DNA of 64,000 nt, from assembly GCF_009914755.1 (NCBI RefSeq), contig NC_060936.1, one strand, 5' to 3'. The notes under the pieces are model-generated. The model was not told the DNA's origin, did no database searches, and saw nothing but the letters and a program-made list of their open reading frames with translations. This DNA is from the human T2T-CHM13v2.0 reference genome, Homo sapiens. Both the position numbers and the translations under genes were made by a program. Shown here piece after piece: positions 26,163 through 39,390 of the stretch (positions are counted from its first letter, which is position 1; every line of letters starts with the position of its first letter).

Positions 26163-29100
26163 AAGTTTAATGGACATGAAGGGAAAAATAGATAGCAATA
26201 CAATAATAGAATAATAGTAGGAAACATCAATACTCCACTTCCCAAACAATCAATAAGACAGAAAGTTAATAAGGAAATGCTGGAATTGAAATGCACTTTA
26301 GGCAAAATGGACCTAACAGATACATACAGAAGTTTTCACTCAACACCAGCAGAATACACATTCTTCTCTAGTGCATGTGTAATATTTTCCAGGATAGACC
26401 ATATAGTAGGCTACAAAACAAGTCTTAACAAATTTAAGAAGATCCAAATCATATTAAGTATTGTTTTCAATTACAATGATATAAAACTAGAATTTTGGAG
26501 AAATATTGAAAAATTCACAAGTATGTGAAAATTAAACAACAGTCTCCTAAACAATCAATGAGTCAAAGAAATAATAAAAATTTAGAAATATTTTGAAAGA
26601 AACAGCAATGGAAACACAGCATACCAAAATCCATGGGATGTGGCAAAAGCAGTTTTAAGAGGGAGGTTTATAGCAATAAATGCCTACCTTAAAAAAGAAG
26701 AAAAACCCCAAATAAATAGCCTAACATTACATCACAAGGAACTAGAAAAAGAAGAATAAACTAAACCCAAAGTTAGCAGAAGGAAGGACATAATAAAGTT
26801 TAAAACAGAAATAGAAACTATAAAAACCATAGAAAAGATCAGTAAAAATAGGAGTTGATTTAAAAAAAAAAAAAACAAAATCAACAAACCCTTTGCTAGA
26901 CTGAAAAACAAAGAAGGAAGACTCATACATATAAAATTAGAAATGAAAGTAGAGACATTACAACAGATGCCTTAGAAATAAAAAGGATCACAAGGAACTA
27001 TTATGAACAAATATATGACAACAAATTTCATAAAAAAGGAAATGGATAAATTTCTAAAGAAATCTAGCATACCAAGCTTGAATCAAGAAGAAATAGAAAG
27101 TCTGAACAGATCTATAACAAAGAAATTAAAATAGTAAATAGAAACCTCCCAAAAACAAAAGGGCCAGACTAGGTGGCTTGATGGCTGAATTCTACCAAAT
27201 TTTCAAAGAATTAATACCAATACTTCTTAAACTCTTCCAAAAACTAGAGCTGGTAGGAGTACTTCCTAACAGGTATCAAGATGGTACTGGTCTTGTCAAT
27301 GTGTTACAAGTCAGACATCGACACCACAAGAAAAGAAACTATAGGCCAGTATTTCTGATAAATATTGATGCAAAAATCCTCAATAAAATAATAGAAAATC
27401 AAATTTAACATCATATCAAAAATATTATACAACATGATAAAGGGGATTTATCCCTCGCATGCAAGTCTAGTTTAATACATGCAGATCAATCAATGTCATA
27501 CATCATATTAACAGACTGAAAAACAAAAACCACATTATCATATCAAGGCGGAAAAGCATTTGACAAAATTTAAAGTTCATCTGTTCTTCCTGAAAACTCT
27601 TAATAGTTTAGATACAGAAAGAAAGTTTCTCAACCTAATAAAGTCCATTTATGAAAAATACACAGCTAACGTTATAAGCAATGAGGGGAAACTCAAAGCT
27701 TTTCCTCTAAGATCTAGTATAGGGCAAGGATGCCCACTCTCAGCACTTCAATCAACATAGAAATAAAAGATATCCAAATTGGAAAATATTTCTATTTGCA
27801 GATGACATAATCTTATATGTAGAAACCATGAAAGATTTCACCAAAAAGAAAACCTGTTAGACCTAATAAATGGTTCAGTAAAGTTGCAAGACATCAATTC
27901 AAAACACAAAAATTTATGGCATTTCTATACACAAAAAATGACCTAGCCAAAAAAAAAAATAAATCAAGAAAACAATCCTATTAAGGATAGCATTAAAACA
28001 TACTCAAGAATAAATTTAACCAGGAGGTAAAAAATCTGTACACTAAAAAGTATAAATTGTTAATGAAAGAAATTGAAGATAGCACAAATAAACAGAAAGA
28101 TATACTATACTCATGGATCAGAAGAATTAATATCATTAAAATATCCATGCTACCCAAAGCAGTATATAGATTGAAACCAAATCCTATCAAAATCCCAGTG
28201 GCATTCTTCACAGAAATAAAACAAACAATCCAAAAATTCATGTGGAACCACAAAATACCCCAAATAGCCAGAGCAATTCTGAAATAAAAGGAATTAGAGG
28301 CATCACGCTTCCATATTTAAAATTCTATTACAAATCTATAGTAATCACAACAGCATGGTACTGACATAAAAACAGACATATAGGCTACTGGAACAAAATA
28401 GAGAGCCCAGAAATAAACCTAAACACATATAGTTAACTAATTTTTAGCAAGGTCAACATGAAGACACAATGAGGAGAGGATGATCTCTTCAATAAATGGT
28501 ACTGGGAAAATTAGATTTTCATATGCAAAAGAATGAAACTGGACCCTTATTTTACACCATACACAAAAATTGACTCAAAATGAATTGAAGACCTAAACGT
28601 CAGACTTACAACTGTAGAACTCACAGAAGGAAACACAGGGGAAAGCTCCTTGATACTGGCCGTGGCAATAATTTCTTGTTATCACACCAAAAGCTCAGGC
28701 TGCAAAAACAAAAGTAAATAAATGAGACTACATCAAACTAAAAAGCTTCGGGACAGCAAGGGAAAGAAACAACAAAATAAAAGGTAACCTAAAGCTTGGG
28801 AAAAAATATTTGCAAACCATGTATCTAATCGGCGGTTAATACCCAAGATTTATAAAGAACGTATACAACTTAACAGCAAGAAAATATACAACCTAGTTAA
28901 ATAATATGTAGAAGATCTGAATAGAGATTTATCCAAAGATGACATAAAAATAGCCAGCAGGTATATTAAAAATTGTCCAACATCACTCATAATTAGGAAA
29001 AAGCAAATCAAAACCACAATGAGTTATCACCTCACATCTGTTAGGGTGGCTATTGTAAATGTTGGCGAGGGTGTGAGGAAAAGGAAACCCTTGTACGCTG

Positions 29101-29510
29101 CTGGTGGGAATGTCGATTTGTACAGCCATTATGGAAAACACTGTGGAGGTTCCTAGAGAAACTAAAAACAGAATTACTATATGACCCGTAATCCCTCTTC
29201 TGGGTATATACCCAAGAAATCATCACCCCATAAAGATATCCACACTCCCATGTTCATTGAAGTATTATTCCCAATAGCTAAGATATGGAAACAATTTAAC
29301 GATTTATCAGTGGTGAATGGATAAAGAAATGGTGGTATATATACAAGGGTATATTATTCGGCCTTAAAAAGGAGATCCTACCACTTGCCACAACACAAAT
29401 AGATCATGAATAGAGTACATTATGCTGAGTGAAAAATGCCAGACACAGAAAGAAAAATATTGCATAATCTCAATTATATGTGGACTCTAAAAAAAGAAAA
29501 GGTTAAATAT
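25701..29510 (+). mobile_element. L1MA-type element, near-complete decayed ORF2, 3' UTR cut short
   Basis: Begins just upstream of the ORF2 start region. ORF fragments 26277-26528, 27178-27408 ([11 protein letters not shown]), 27560-27760 and 28057-28287. Stops early in the 3' UTR after tatgtggactctaaaaaaag. Confidence 0.9.
26081..26158. repeat. Compound (TG)n(TA)n microsatellite inside the L1MA endonuclease region
   Basis: Directly visible. Confidence 0.95.
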
Positions 29511-29519
29511 GTAATACTG

Positions 29520-30002
29520 TGTTTTGGAATACTAATATGGACATAGCAACAGTCATCAAGGAGCTACAGATAATAAAAGGTGACTTCTTTTATATATCTA
29601 GTACCATATTAAAAATTATCAGATCATCTGGGACAAGGATAGAAGTTTTAATAGTCTGCAACTGGACAGCCTCTTGCACAAAGATGAAATTGGATTCATG
29701 CCTCACACTACATAGAAAAATAAACTCTAAATCTAAGTCTAAATCTCTCATGAGAGGTCTGAATATACAAAGTAAAAGTATACAAGTAGAAAAAGTGGAT
29801 GAATTGCTTTGGAACCTGATGAGAGAGAGAAGGCTTTCAAACTGTGACTCAAAATCTATTTGTACTATCATATTGGTAAATTCAAATGTCTAAAAATAGA
29901 ATTCTTATGAATGATAAATATCACCATTAGCAAATTCAAAAGGCAAATGACACACTGGAAGAAAACATTTGCAATGTATGTTGCAAATGAGAGGCTAGTA
30001 CT
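29520..30002 (+). mobile_element. Old L1 (L1M) ORF2 late fragment
   Basis: gaaattggattcatgcctcacactacatagaaaaataaactc...aggcaaatgacacactggaagaaaacatttgcaa. Confidence 0.65.
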
Positions 30003-30190
30003 TTTTATTGTTTTAATGAATTTTATGGTGTATATTTAAGGTATGCAACATGATTTTTTAAGATACATATATAGCAAAATGGTTACTATAGTGAGACAGA
30101 TTAGCATATCAATTATTTCACATAGTTATACCCATTTTTCCCCTTTGGCAAGAGCAGCTATCATCTGCTCATTTTGCAAAAATCCTGAAT
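30003..30190 (-). mobile_element. L1MA-type terminal 3' UTR
   Basis: Reverse complement reads gcagatgatagctgctcttgcc...ctcactatagtaaccatttt...catgttgcataccttaaatatacacc...aataaaaa. Confidence 0.75.
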
Positions 30191-31556
30191 CCTGAAACAT
30201 AATATTGGGGAAAAGAGCAAGTACAGTTACATGTTTTCAATTTAAAATGCACACAAAACTAAAAACTGTATCTTATAGGGATACCTTTGTATATAGTGTA
30301 ACTATGAGGATATTCAAAGGAATGGTAAGAAATACTGCTTCTGTTTGAGGAAAGGCGAATGTGGAAAGTATATGGAGGGCTTCAAAGTTTTAGTAATATT
30401 TTATTTCTCAAGCTGGGTGTTGTTTCATTAACATTTGTTTATACCTTATATTCCATTCATTTATTTATTCCACAAAGATTTGGTGATCACCTACTATGTG
30501 GCAGGCATTCAAGGCAATTGGCACATGAATGAACAGAACAGATGAAAAATCATTACCTTTGTGGATTTTACTTTCTAGAGGAGGAATACAACAAAACAGA
30601 TTTTAAAATATTATGTTACAAAATTACATAGCATGTCAGATGGTGGTAAAGAAGGTCAGCAGTACAGGCATTAGAGGGGATATTCATTTTAAATAACACA
30701 GCCTGGGAGGACTTTAGAGGTGGCATTTGAGCAAAGACTTAAAGGAAATGAGCAAGTATAAAACATTTTGGAGGATAAGGATTTTAGCAGGTGCAACACT
30801 TTGTGCAAAGCCCTAAGGCAGAAAGCCTTCAGTATAGATGGAGCCGAGTGAGTCAAAGAGAAAGTTGGAGAAAATGAAGTCAGAAATGGCATGAGAGGTG
30901 GTCAGAGGTATTCTAGGGCCCTGAAGGCAAGTGTAAGAATTTTGGCTTTTACTCTGAGTGAAATGGGGAGCTGTTGAGCAGAGAGTTGACATTTTTTGCT
31001 TACTTTTTAAAGTATCAGTCCAGCTGAGGTATGAAGAATAGACTGTGGGAGGATAGGGGTGGGGAGAGGGGAAAAGATGAAATCAGGATAAGCAGTTAAA
31101 GAGCTGCTGCAGTAATCAAGGCAAGAGATGATGATGATCTGCAGCAAGGTGGGTAGTATAAGAGGTGGTGAAAAGTAGATTCTATTCTGAATTTAGAGAC
31201 CACAGGATTTCTGAATGGATGAACACAGGATGCAAGAAGAAGAAAAACCCAGGATAACTCTATAGATTTGAGCATGGGCAAAAGAAGGATGAAACTGTAG
31301 TGAACTGACTTGGGGAAGACTGTGTGTATAATAATCTGCTAGAGTTGCCATAACAAAATACCACAGACTGGGTGGCTTTAACAATATAAATTGTTTTTTC
31401 ACAGTTCTGGAGGCTAGAAGTTCAAGATCAAGATCAAGGTGTTGGCAGGTTTAGTTTCTTTTGAGGCCTCTCCCCTTGGCTTGCAGACAGCAGCCTTCTT
31501 GCTGTGTTCTCATATGGACATTCCTCTGTGTCCACTGATGTCTAGCACCTGTCTTT

Positions 31557-31824
31557 TCTTTTTTTTTTTTTTTTTGAGATGGAGTCTTGACACTGCAATC
31601 TCTGCCTCCCAGGTTCAAGCAATTCTCATGCCTCAGCCTCCCAAGTAGCTGGGACTACAGGCGCACATAACCACGCCTGGCTAATTTTGTGTGTGTGTGT
31701 TTTTAGTAGAGATGGGGTTTTGCCATGTTGGCCAGGCTGGTTTTGAATTCCTGGCCTCAAGTGATCTGCCTGCCTCAGCCTTCCAAAGTGCTGAGATTAG
31801 AGGTGTGAGCCGCCACACCTGGCC
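31557..31824 (-). mobile_element. AluS/J-type SINE with ~40-bp internal deletion near the tail
   Basis: poly(T)-gagatggagtcttga|cactgcaatctc...ggcctcaagtgatc...cacacctggcc. Confidence 0.9.
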
Positions 31825-31857
31825 TTATGAGGACACCAGTCAGATTGAATCAGGGCT

Positions 31858-32169
<312 letters not shown>

Positions 32170-32726
32170 TTACCTGTATAATCTCATTTTACTGTAATTA
32201 CTTCATTAAAGGGCCCTATCTCCAAATGCAGTCACACTCTGAGGTGCTGGGGGTTAAGACTTAAACATATGAATTTATGTGGGCAGGAGAGATACAATTC
32301 AGCCCATCACAGTGTACCAGTAGGTTTTGGGATGGATATGAAAAAGTTAAGTTTCATGCATATTAAATTGAGCTATCTTGGATGTCTGCATAGGGATTTG
32401 GAGTAGGCAATGTGAAAAAGAAAGGGCCAAGGTTGGAGCCATCGTGCCTCCAACAGTAAGTCATCAATGATCAGCAAGAAGCTCAAGGAAAACTAAGGAG
32501 AGACCAAAGGAGAAGAAAATTCAACTAGCAAGACAAAAAAAAAAAAGTAGCAAGGAGGGAATGATTGTATGTAGTAAATGTTGCTGATAAGTCATATAAA
32601 ATGGGGTTCAAGAATTAGTTAACATGAATGTAATTGATAAAATCTGTAAGTCTGTTCTATTGGTAAAGTGCTGAGGACAGAAGTCTGGTGGAGTGGGCTT
32701 AAGAGAGAATAAAATGAAAGAAATTG

Positions 32727-33007
32727 GGCTGGGCGCGGTGGCTCACGTCTGTAATCCCAGTACTTTGGGAGGCCGAGGTGGACAGATCACGGGGTCAGGA
32801 GATTGAGACAATCCTGGCTAACACGGTGAAACCCCATCTCTACTAAAAATACAAAAAATTTGCCAGGCGTGGTGGTGGGTGCCTATAGTCCCAGCTACTC
32901 AGGAGGCTGAGGCAGGAGAATGGTGTGAATCTGGGAGGCAGAGGTTGCAGTGAGCCGAGATCGCGCCACTGCACTCCAATCTGGGCAAAAAAGAGAGACT
33001 CCGTCTC

Positions 33008-33043
<36 letters not shown>
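32727..33043 (+). mobile_element. AluY/AluSc-type SINE
   Basis: Full dimer with long A tail. TSD aaagaaattg (32717-32726 / 33044-33053). Confidence 0.93.
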
Positions 33044-33050
<7 letters not shown>

Positions 33051-33449
33051 TTGAAGTCAGAGTAAAGATGCTGGTTTCAAGAGAGTAGCAGAGAAAAAGA
33101 GTAATAGCTAATGGGGAAAATGGAGTTAAGAGAAAGTTTATTTTTATGATGGAAGAACAATAGCATGTATGTGTGCTGATGGGAAAGATACCACAGACAG
33201 GGAAAAACTGTTGGCATAGGAGAGAGAAAGGGGATTGCTGGATCAATGTCTTCAAGTCAATGAATGAAAATGTGATCTACTAGAGGGATTATCTTTAAGT
33301 AGGAAGAGCAAAGATTATAACAGGGATATAAACATTTATATAATGTGTATATATACACATATTTAATATGTTTACATTTATGTATGTTTCATGTATTTAT
33401 TTACCTATATATAAAATACATCAGTCTTAAGTCTGGCTTAATAAATAGT

Positions 33450-33990
33450 TATTGTTTTACTTGTTCTCCCTTTCCACCCTCATTCTATTATTCTGGAAAA
33501 TGCTCCTTCCTACCAAATGGGTGCTCCTGCAGAGGGAGGTAGGCTGCCCATTGGCCAAAGGAATAAAGACATGATTCATGGTGGCTTACAGTAAGTGGTC
33601 CAGGTATGGTCATGTGATTCAGCTGGGCCACAGAGTGTCTTTTCCTGAAATTTTCAAATAGAATTTGAGGAAAAGTTAAGGATTAACTTTAACTTTTGAT
33701 TAAGGATTTTTTTTCCTCCTTAATCATAGCACTGCATGGTTGTAAGCTTGAAACTCATTGATAGATGGATAAGCTGTCCTAGAGAATGAAGCCAGTAAAG
33801 AGTCAGAGGAGACGGAGAAGAATGTATTCTTGACATTGTCCATGTCTACAGTTCTTGTTGCCCTCAAGGTCATTTCTGCAGAATCCTTCCAACTAACCTG
33901 AACCGTAAATATATATATATATATATATTTAGCTTAAGCCAAAACAGGGTGGGTATTCAAGATTCTCCGGGACCTACAGAGCTGATACAA
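33450..33990 (+). mobile_element. Old MaLR LTR (MLT1K/L-like)
   Basis: ggtcatgtgattcagctgggcca, gagaatgaagcca and ttagcttaagcca motifs. Confidence 0.5.
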
Positions 33991-36900
33991 ATTATGCTTC
34001 TTAACATTTGCTCCTGATGTTTCATCCACATTCTACTTAAAATTGTAGTCAACCTTTTCTCATCCCTCACATTCTAATAATTAGCCAATTCTTGAACCTC
34101 TACAATCCAACTATTTCTGGAGTCATACCCCAACTCACCATCACCTCTGCCATCCTAGTCCAAGTCATTCTCATTTCTCACCGTGTAGAGTAAACAAATG
34201 ATTCTTACTCCCTAGATTTTTTCCTACATTTGTTCATGGTGTTTGCTCCACCTGGAGTCTCCATCAACTCAGCCCAAAACTACCCCCTGCTCTGGAGGGG
34301 ATCCTGATGCCTATAATCTAAGTTACTTCCCCTTATTAAATATTCTTACACTTCTCATATCATTTGTTTCATTTTTGCTTTGCCTTCCATTATCTGGATC
34401 TCTTTTAAGATGATAATCACACTAAGAGTTGTTTATTCAATAATGTTTCATCTGTAGCCCCTTGTATATATTACATTCTCAGTAAGTACATATTGTTCTA
34501 AGTTACTATAAATTAACCTAGTCTTTTTGTCATTTAGATAAGAGTATTTAACTGGGGGAAATATTATGATAAATGCTACTACTACTTATAAAGTGACTTT
34601 TGGTAAATTTCTGGATTCATAATGACAAGTGGTGAAACGATATAAGAATTTATGCCTCTTGGCATGTTCCCTTCTCCACTTTAAATCTTAAGATTCAGAA
34701 AATTGAGCAATAATGAAGGAAAAGAATGTGGAAATGTAGAATTTCGGAAAAGAACATGGATGTGCCATCATTCTTGAACTGCAATTTTTTTGTTCTACAG
34801 AAAAATATCACCATGACCTCAGTTCAAGATAGCCTTCATGAACAGAAACACATCAGTTCATATCTCCACATAATTGTTGACCTAGCAACTGCTATTCTAG
34901 CTTTATAAATATTGTCTCATTTTTGAAACGTATTTGCTTAAATAAAAGCTGCTGCTATGAGGCTTAGAGGTTAATTATGCCTATTCACCCAAAAAAATGT
35001 TTGTTTTAAATTTGTTGCTAAAAATTTCTAGGTTGAGTAGCAAAATTACGTTCACATAAAAAATTGTAGTTGAAGTGCTAATAGAGATAGCTGCCAATGA
35101 CTCATCGATACTTTTACACATTAAACCACTCATATCTCTCCTTTTAATACCACATTTTTTCAAATACACCAACATGAAATGATGGCAATTAAACAGCTTA
35201 TGATTATCTGCATAAAACCACTCTTTCAGCATTAAAATTCATCCCAAACATCAGAAGATACCAAACTGAAAGGAATTCTAGTCTATGATCATTCATTTTA
35301 AAAATCTGGTTTTACAGATGGTGAACCTAAATATTAAAATGTACTATGCTATAAACATATACTAAGAAACCCCCATCGCATGATAAAGCTAATAGCTTGA
35401 CTCAGCTACAAAAGTGGAAAAGCAGCACTATTCAACTAATAATGCCATCTGATCTACCATGTAATGCAAATACCGAATATTCTATTCCTAAACAGAAAAA
35501 AATGGGAATTTTGTTTCATGGTTATGGAATGTTGTATACTCTTTGGATTATCTTCTTTGGGCCCATTTTTATCCTAAGATAATGAGAGCTTTGCATGAGT
35601 AACCAAGGATAGACTATGGTCTTTTGAAACTAACTTTTTCTTACTGCCAAATAAATCTCTTTTAAATATGTTCTCTGTGAGGCAATCATGACATCCATTG
35701 GCCAACTGGATCTGGGGTTATGCCTGGATACTTTCCACATTGCACGTGGTTGTCAATTTGAATTGTGTATCAACTACCCATCATATTTGGCACATCTGTA
35801 CTTAACATTGGCATTAATTTTACCCTATTGTTCTAATTGCAGTACTTTGATGTAATGACACCATTCAATTCACAGATGGTACTGGTGGGGGGTTTTCCCA
35901 AAAAAATATAATGTAATTTTAATTTGGAATCTGAGAATGCCAAAAATAAGAGCTTCATTGATTAAGTTATCTCAGCCTGCTAAACAGTTGAACATTTGAA
36001 CTAAATAGGAAAAACCGGGAAAGAGAACAGCAGGTTTCAATACCAACCTACTGCAAGTGTTTTGTTTTTTGATTATAGTCTATGGGGCATGCAAGACTTA
36101 TCTGTTCATAAACAAACTTTGACATACTTAAGAATGATAAAATCTATATTTTCAAATAAGGTAAGAGCATTCTGTTAAAGACGAAGTCTTTGTGAATGGG
36201 AAGCCTGCAATTTGAAAGGTAATCATTTAATTTAAAATATTAAATCTAAAAATTATTTAAAATATTACAGATTTGACATGTATATATCGCTCTATATATC
36301 TATCTTTTAAATAGATATATTTACAAAGTTTTCCTGGAGTATCACTCTATTTCCTGTGACATCATTAAGTAATGCCTATCACAATGTACATTTTATAGAA
36401 TCAAATCGGGATAATTAAGGAACTTTCCAAAGGTCACAGGACCCGTCGCTGATGGAGGAATGACTAGAATACAAATCTTTATTCCTTACATGAATGTATT
36501 TTATGAGATACTGCCAATTTTATTGAATAAAAAAATGCTACCATGTTGTTTCAACAGGAAATAGACCACCTTTCCTGTTAAGAAGAGTGGCAAGAGGTGT
36601 GAATGTAAGACAATTACACTTAGCTTTGGAATGGGGTTGGGAGAGAAGGACTAATATTAAACCATAAGAATAATTCATTTTAGCAAGTTACCTAGAAATA
36701 AAAATTGATGCTGGACAAAGTCATAAAGGCAAGAGACGCATCTGACTGCAGTATGAGTAAAAATCCAAAAGGACTTGCCACAAATCATCAGTTTACTTCA
36801 GTCAAATACTGGCAGCCAGGGTCCCAGTAAGCTAAGAGATTTCTATCATAGCTGATATGTTTGATGAAATGATGGGATAGTGGACCTTTGAGATATATAT

Positions 36901-37423
36901 ATATCCAGAGAATGCTGCAAGATGTCAAATCTCTGGTCCTCCCCTAGCACTGTAGTTGGGCCCCATGAGAAATAGGCTGTAGATTGAAGCCAAAGGAGCT
37001 ATTTTCATAACGAACATTTGTTTATCTTGGCGTCATAAGCAGTACTTCTCTGGTGTGTGCCAGACAAAGTTCTTCCCACTTCTGGGTGAAAGACAGAATG
37101 GCTTCAGTTCAATGACGGCATAGGAAATTCTGGGTTATTTGGTACCATAAATGATGATTGTATTAGCTCATACCTTTGCCACAGGGAGAAGTATGAAGTG
37201 ACTCTGTATCATTCTCAAATAGCATTGTAAGTAGCAGATATTAGAACGGGGTCCAGATTCTGGGAAGATTCAAGGATTATTTCTGAGTACATCTGAGACA
37301 CCTTGAAGTCCTGTCAGATATAACTGAATGAATGAGAATTTTGGAGGTAGATGAAGAAGTTGTTCATTAACTTTCACTCACAACAGCAGTTTACGTTTTA
37401 CATTTACTATAAAATTCATAGGC

Positions 37424-37735
<312 letters not shown>

Positions 37736-39113
37736 AAAACTCATAGGCTGAAATGTCTTGGGAAACTTGTTTTTAACGTGCAGTATTCTTAGAGTAGTGA
37801 TCTCTCTAACACCTTGCTCCCTGCCAAGTGTCACAGGAGCCCCAGCCCATTAAAACTGCCAACTTTTGTTACTAACCATAAAAAATATGTACCCACTGTA
37901 TAGAAGGCTGACCTGAGCTGGGAAGATGTAGAGATATGGAGGAATGCTGACTCACTGCAAGCATGCTTTTCAAACTGTCATCTGCATTTCTGTTCAAGCT
38001 CTTTCTTCTGAGCCCCTCCCACTGTTTAAATAAGAAGTAGTTATTTCTTTAAATGGCATCTACCATGCAAAAAGTTTTACTAAATTCTGTTTTAATTTCT
38101 CATTGTTTCTTATGAAATTTCAACATCAATCATCCCCAAATTTGTATTGCCCTTATCTGCAGTGATTAGTATTAAAATGTTGGCCTACCCTTGATTTTTC
38201 TAGATCATGTCCTGAGTGATAAATTGTGTCTCATGAGGCCAGTTAGAAGCCTCAGATGAGAAACCCCATTCCTATCTCATGGTGGCTTTTCAAATCCTTA
38301 CACATTTTTATATGCAATGGGCCCCAGGAAAAGCTAATTGTGGAGAGTACATGTGTGCTAAGAACCTCGGAAGTCAGTGGGCTATAAAAGAAGAAGGTTC
38401 CTGATAGCATAAATTGCTCACTCTCCTCTTAGCTAATAGGCATCTTGATTTTAGACAGGCATCCTTTCTGAATAAGTAAACAAAGAAGGCACTTTGTATT
38501 TCTATATTTTACCACTTCTTTTTACCGTTATCTAGAATATATTTTCCTTCCAAAAATACCCTGCTACCTCTCCATTTCATTTAGGTTTATCTGCTTCTAT
38601 ATGTCTATTACCATATTTTTTAAAAAAGGTTTTATTTTCAGGTATATATTTTTATTTTACATATATGTGTGCATGTGTGTGTATATACAAACTTCCTCAT
38701 TTACTGCCAAAAGTTACCGCATTTTAGTTAATTTTTGAAGCTTGTGCAGCTGTTAATTAAAGTGTCCATTACAAGATGAGTTAGCATATAATTTTAGAAT
38801 AGCATACTGCAAGTTTGAAAAGACCTACACCTGTGTTTACCTGAGTACTATAGCTGGTTTTAGGGAAATCCAGATGAGACCCAGGTGCTCAACCCACTTA
38901 GTTGCAATATTTACATTTTGCACTAAATGTGTTTATGCTTCAATTTTTAGTAACACAGTCATAATTATGATGAACAGTATTTCTATACCTTCCTCTGGGA
39001 AGTGGAATTCCTTTTTTTCATGAAGCAGAAATACAAAATTGACTTATTGTTTTGCTAATTTTTCAAGCTTATTGGATGAAAATTCCAAGTCATTACTTTT
39101 CAATGACTGTCAC

Positions 39114-39381
39114 TTTTTTTTTTTTTTTTTTTTTTTTGAGATGGAGTCTCGCTCTGTCGCCCAGGCTGGAGTGAAAGCTCCGCCTCACAGGTTCACGCCA
39201 TTCTCCTGCCTCAGCCTCCCGAGTTACTGGGACTACAGGCGCCCGCCACTGCGCCCGGCTAATTTTTTGTATTTTTAGTAGAGACGGGGTTTCATCGTGG
39301 TCTCGATCTCCTGAGCTCGTGATCTGCCCGCCTCGGCCTCCCGAAGTGCTGGGATTAAAGGCATGAGCCACCGCACCCGGC
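39114..39381 (-). mobile_element. AluYd-lineage SINE with an extra 24-bp right-arm deletion
   Basis: Has the 12-bp left-arm deletion characteristic of AluYd (gtttcatcgtggtctcgatc) and gggcgcagtggc on the sense strand. ggagtg|aaagctcc lacks 24 bp between tgca repeats. Confidence 0.8.
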
Positions 39382-39390
39382 GACTTTCAC

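Noticed and set aside
36700-37330. Unassigned, slightly higher-complexity stretch considered as a processed pseudogene
   Set aside because: No ORF of 60 aa or more, no poly(A) or TSD, and no protein similarity I recognise. A BLASTX/Dfam search would be needed to say more.
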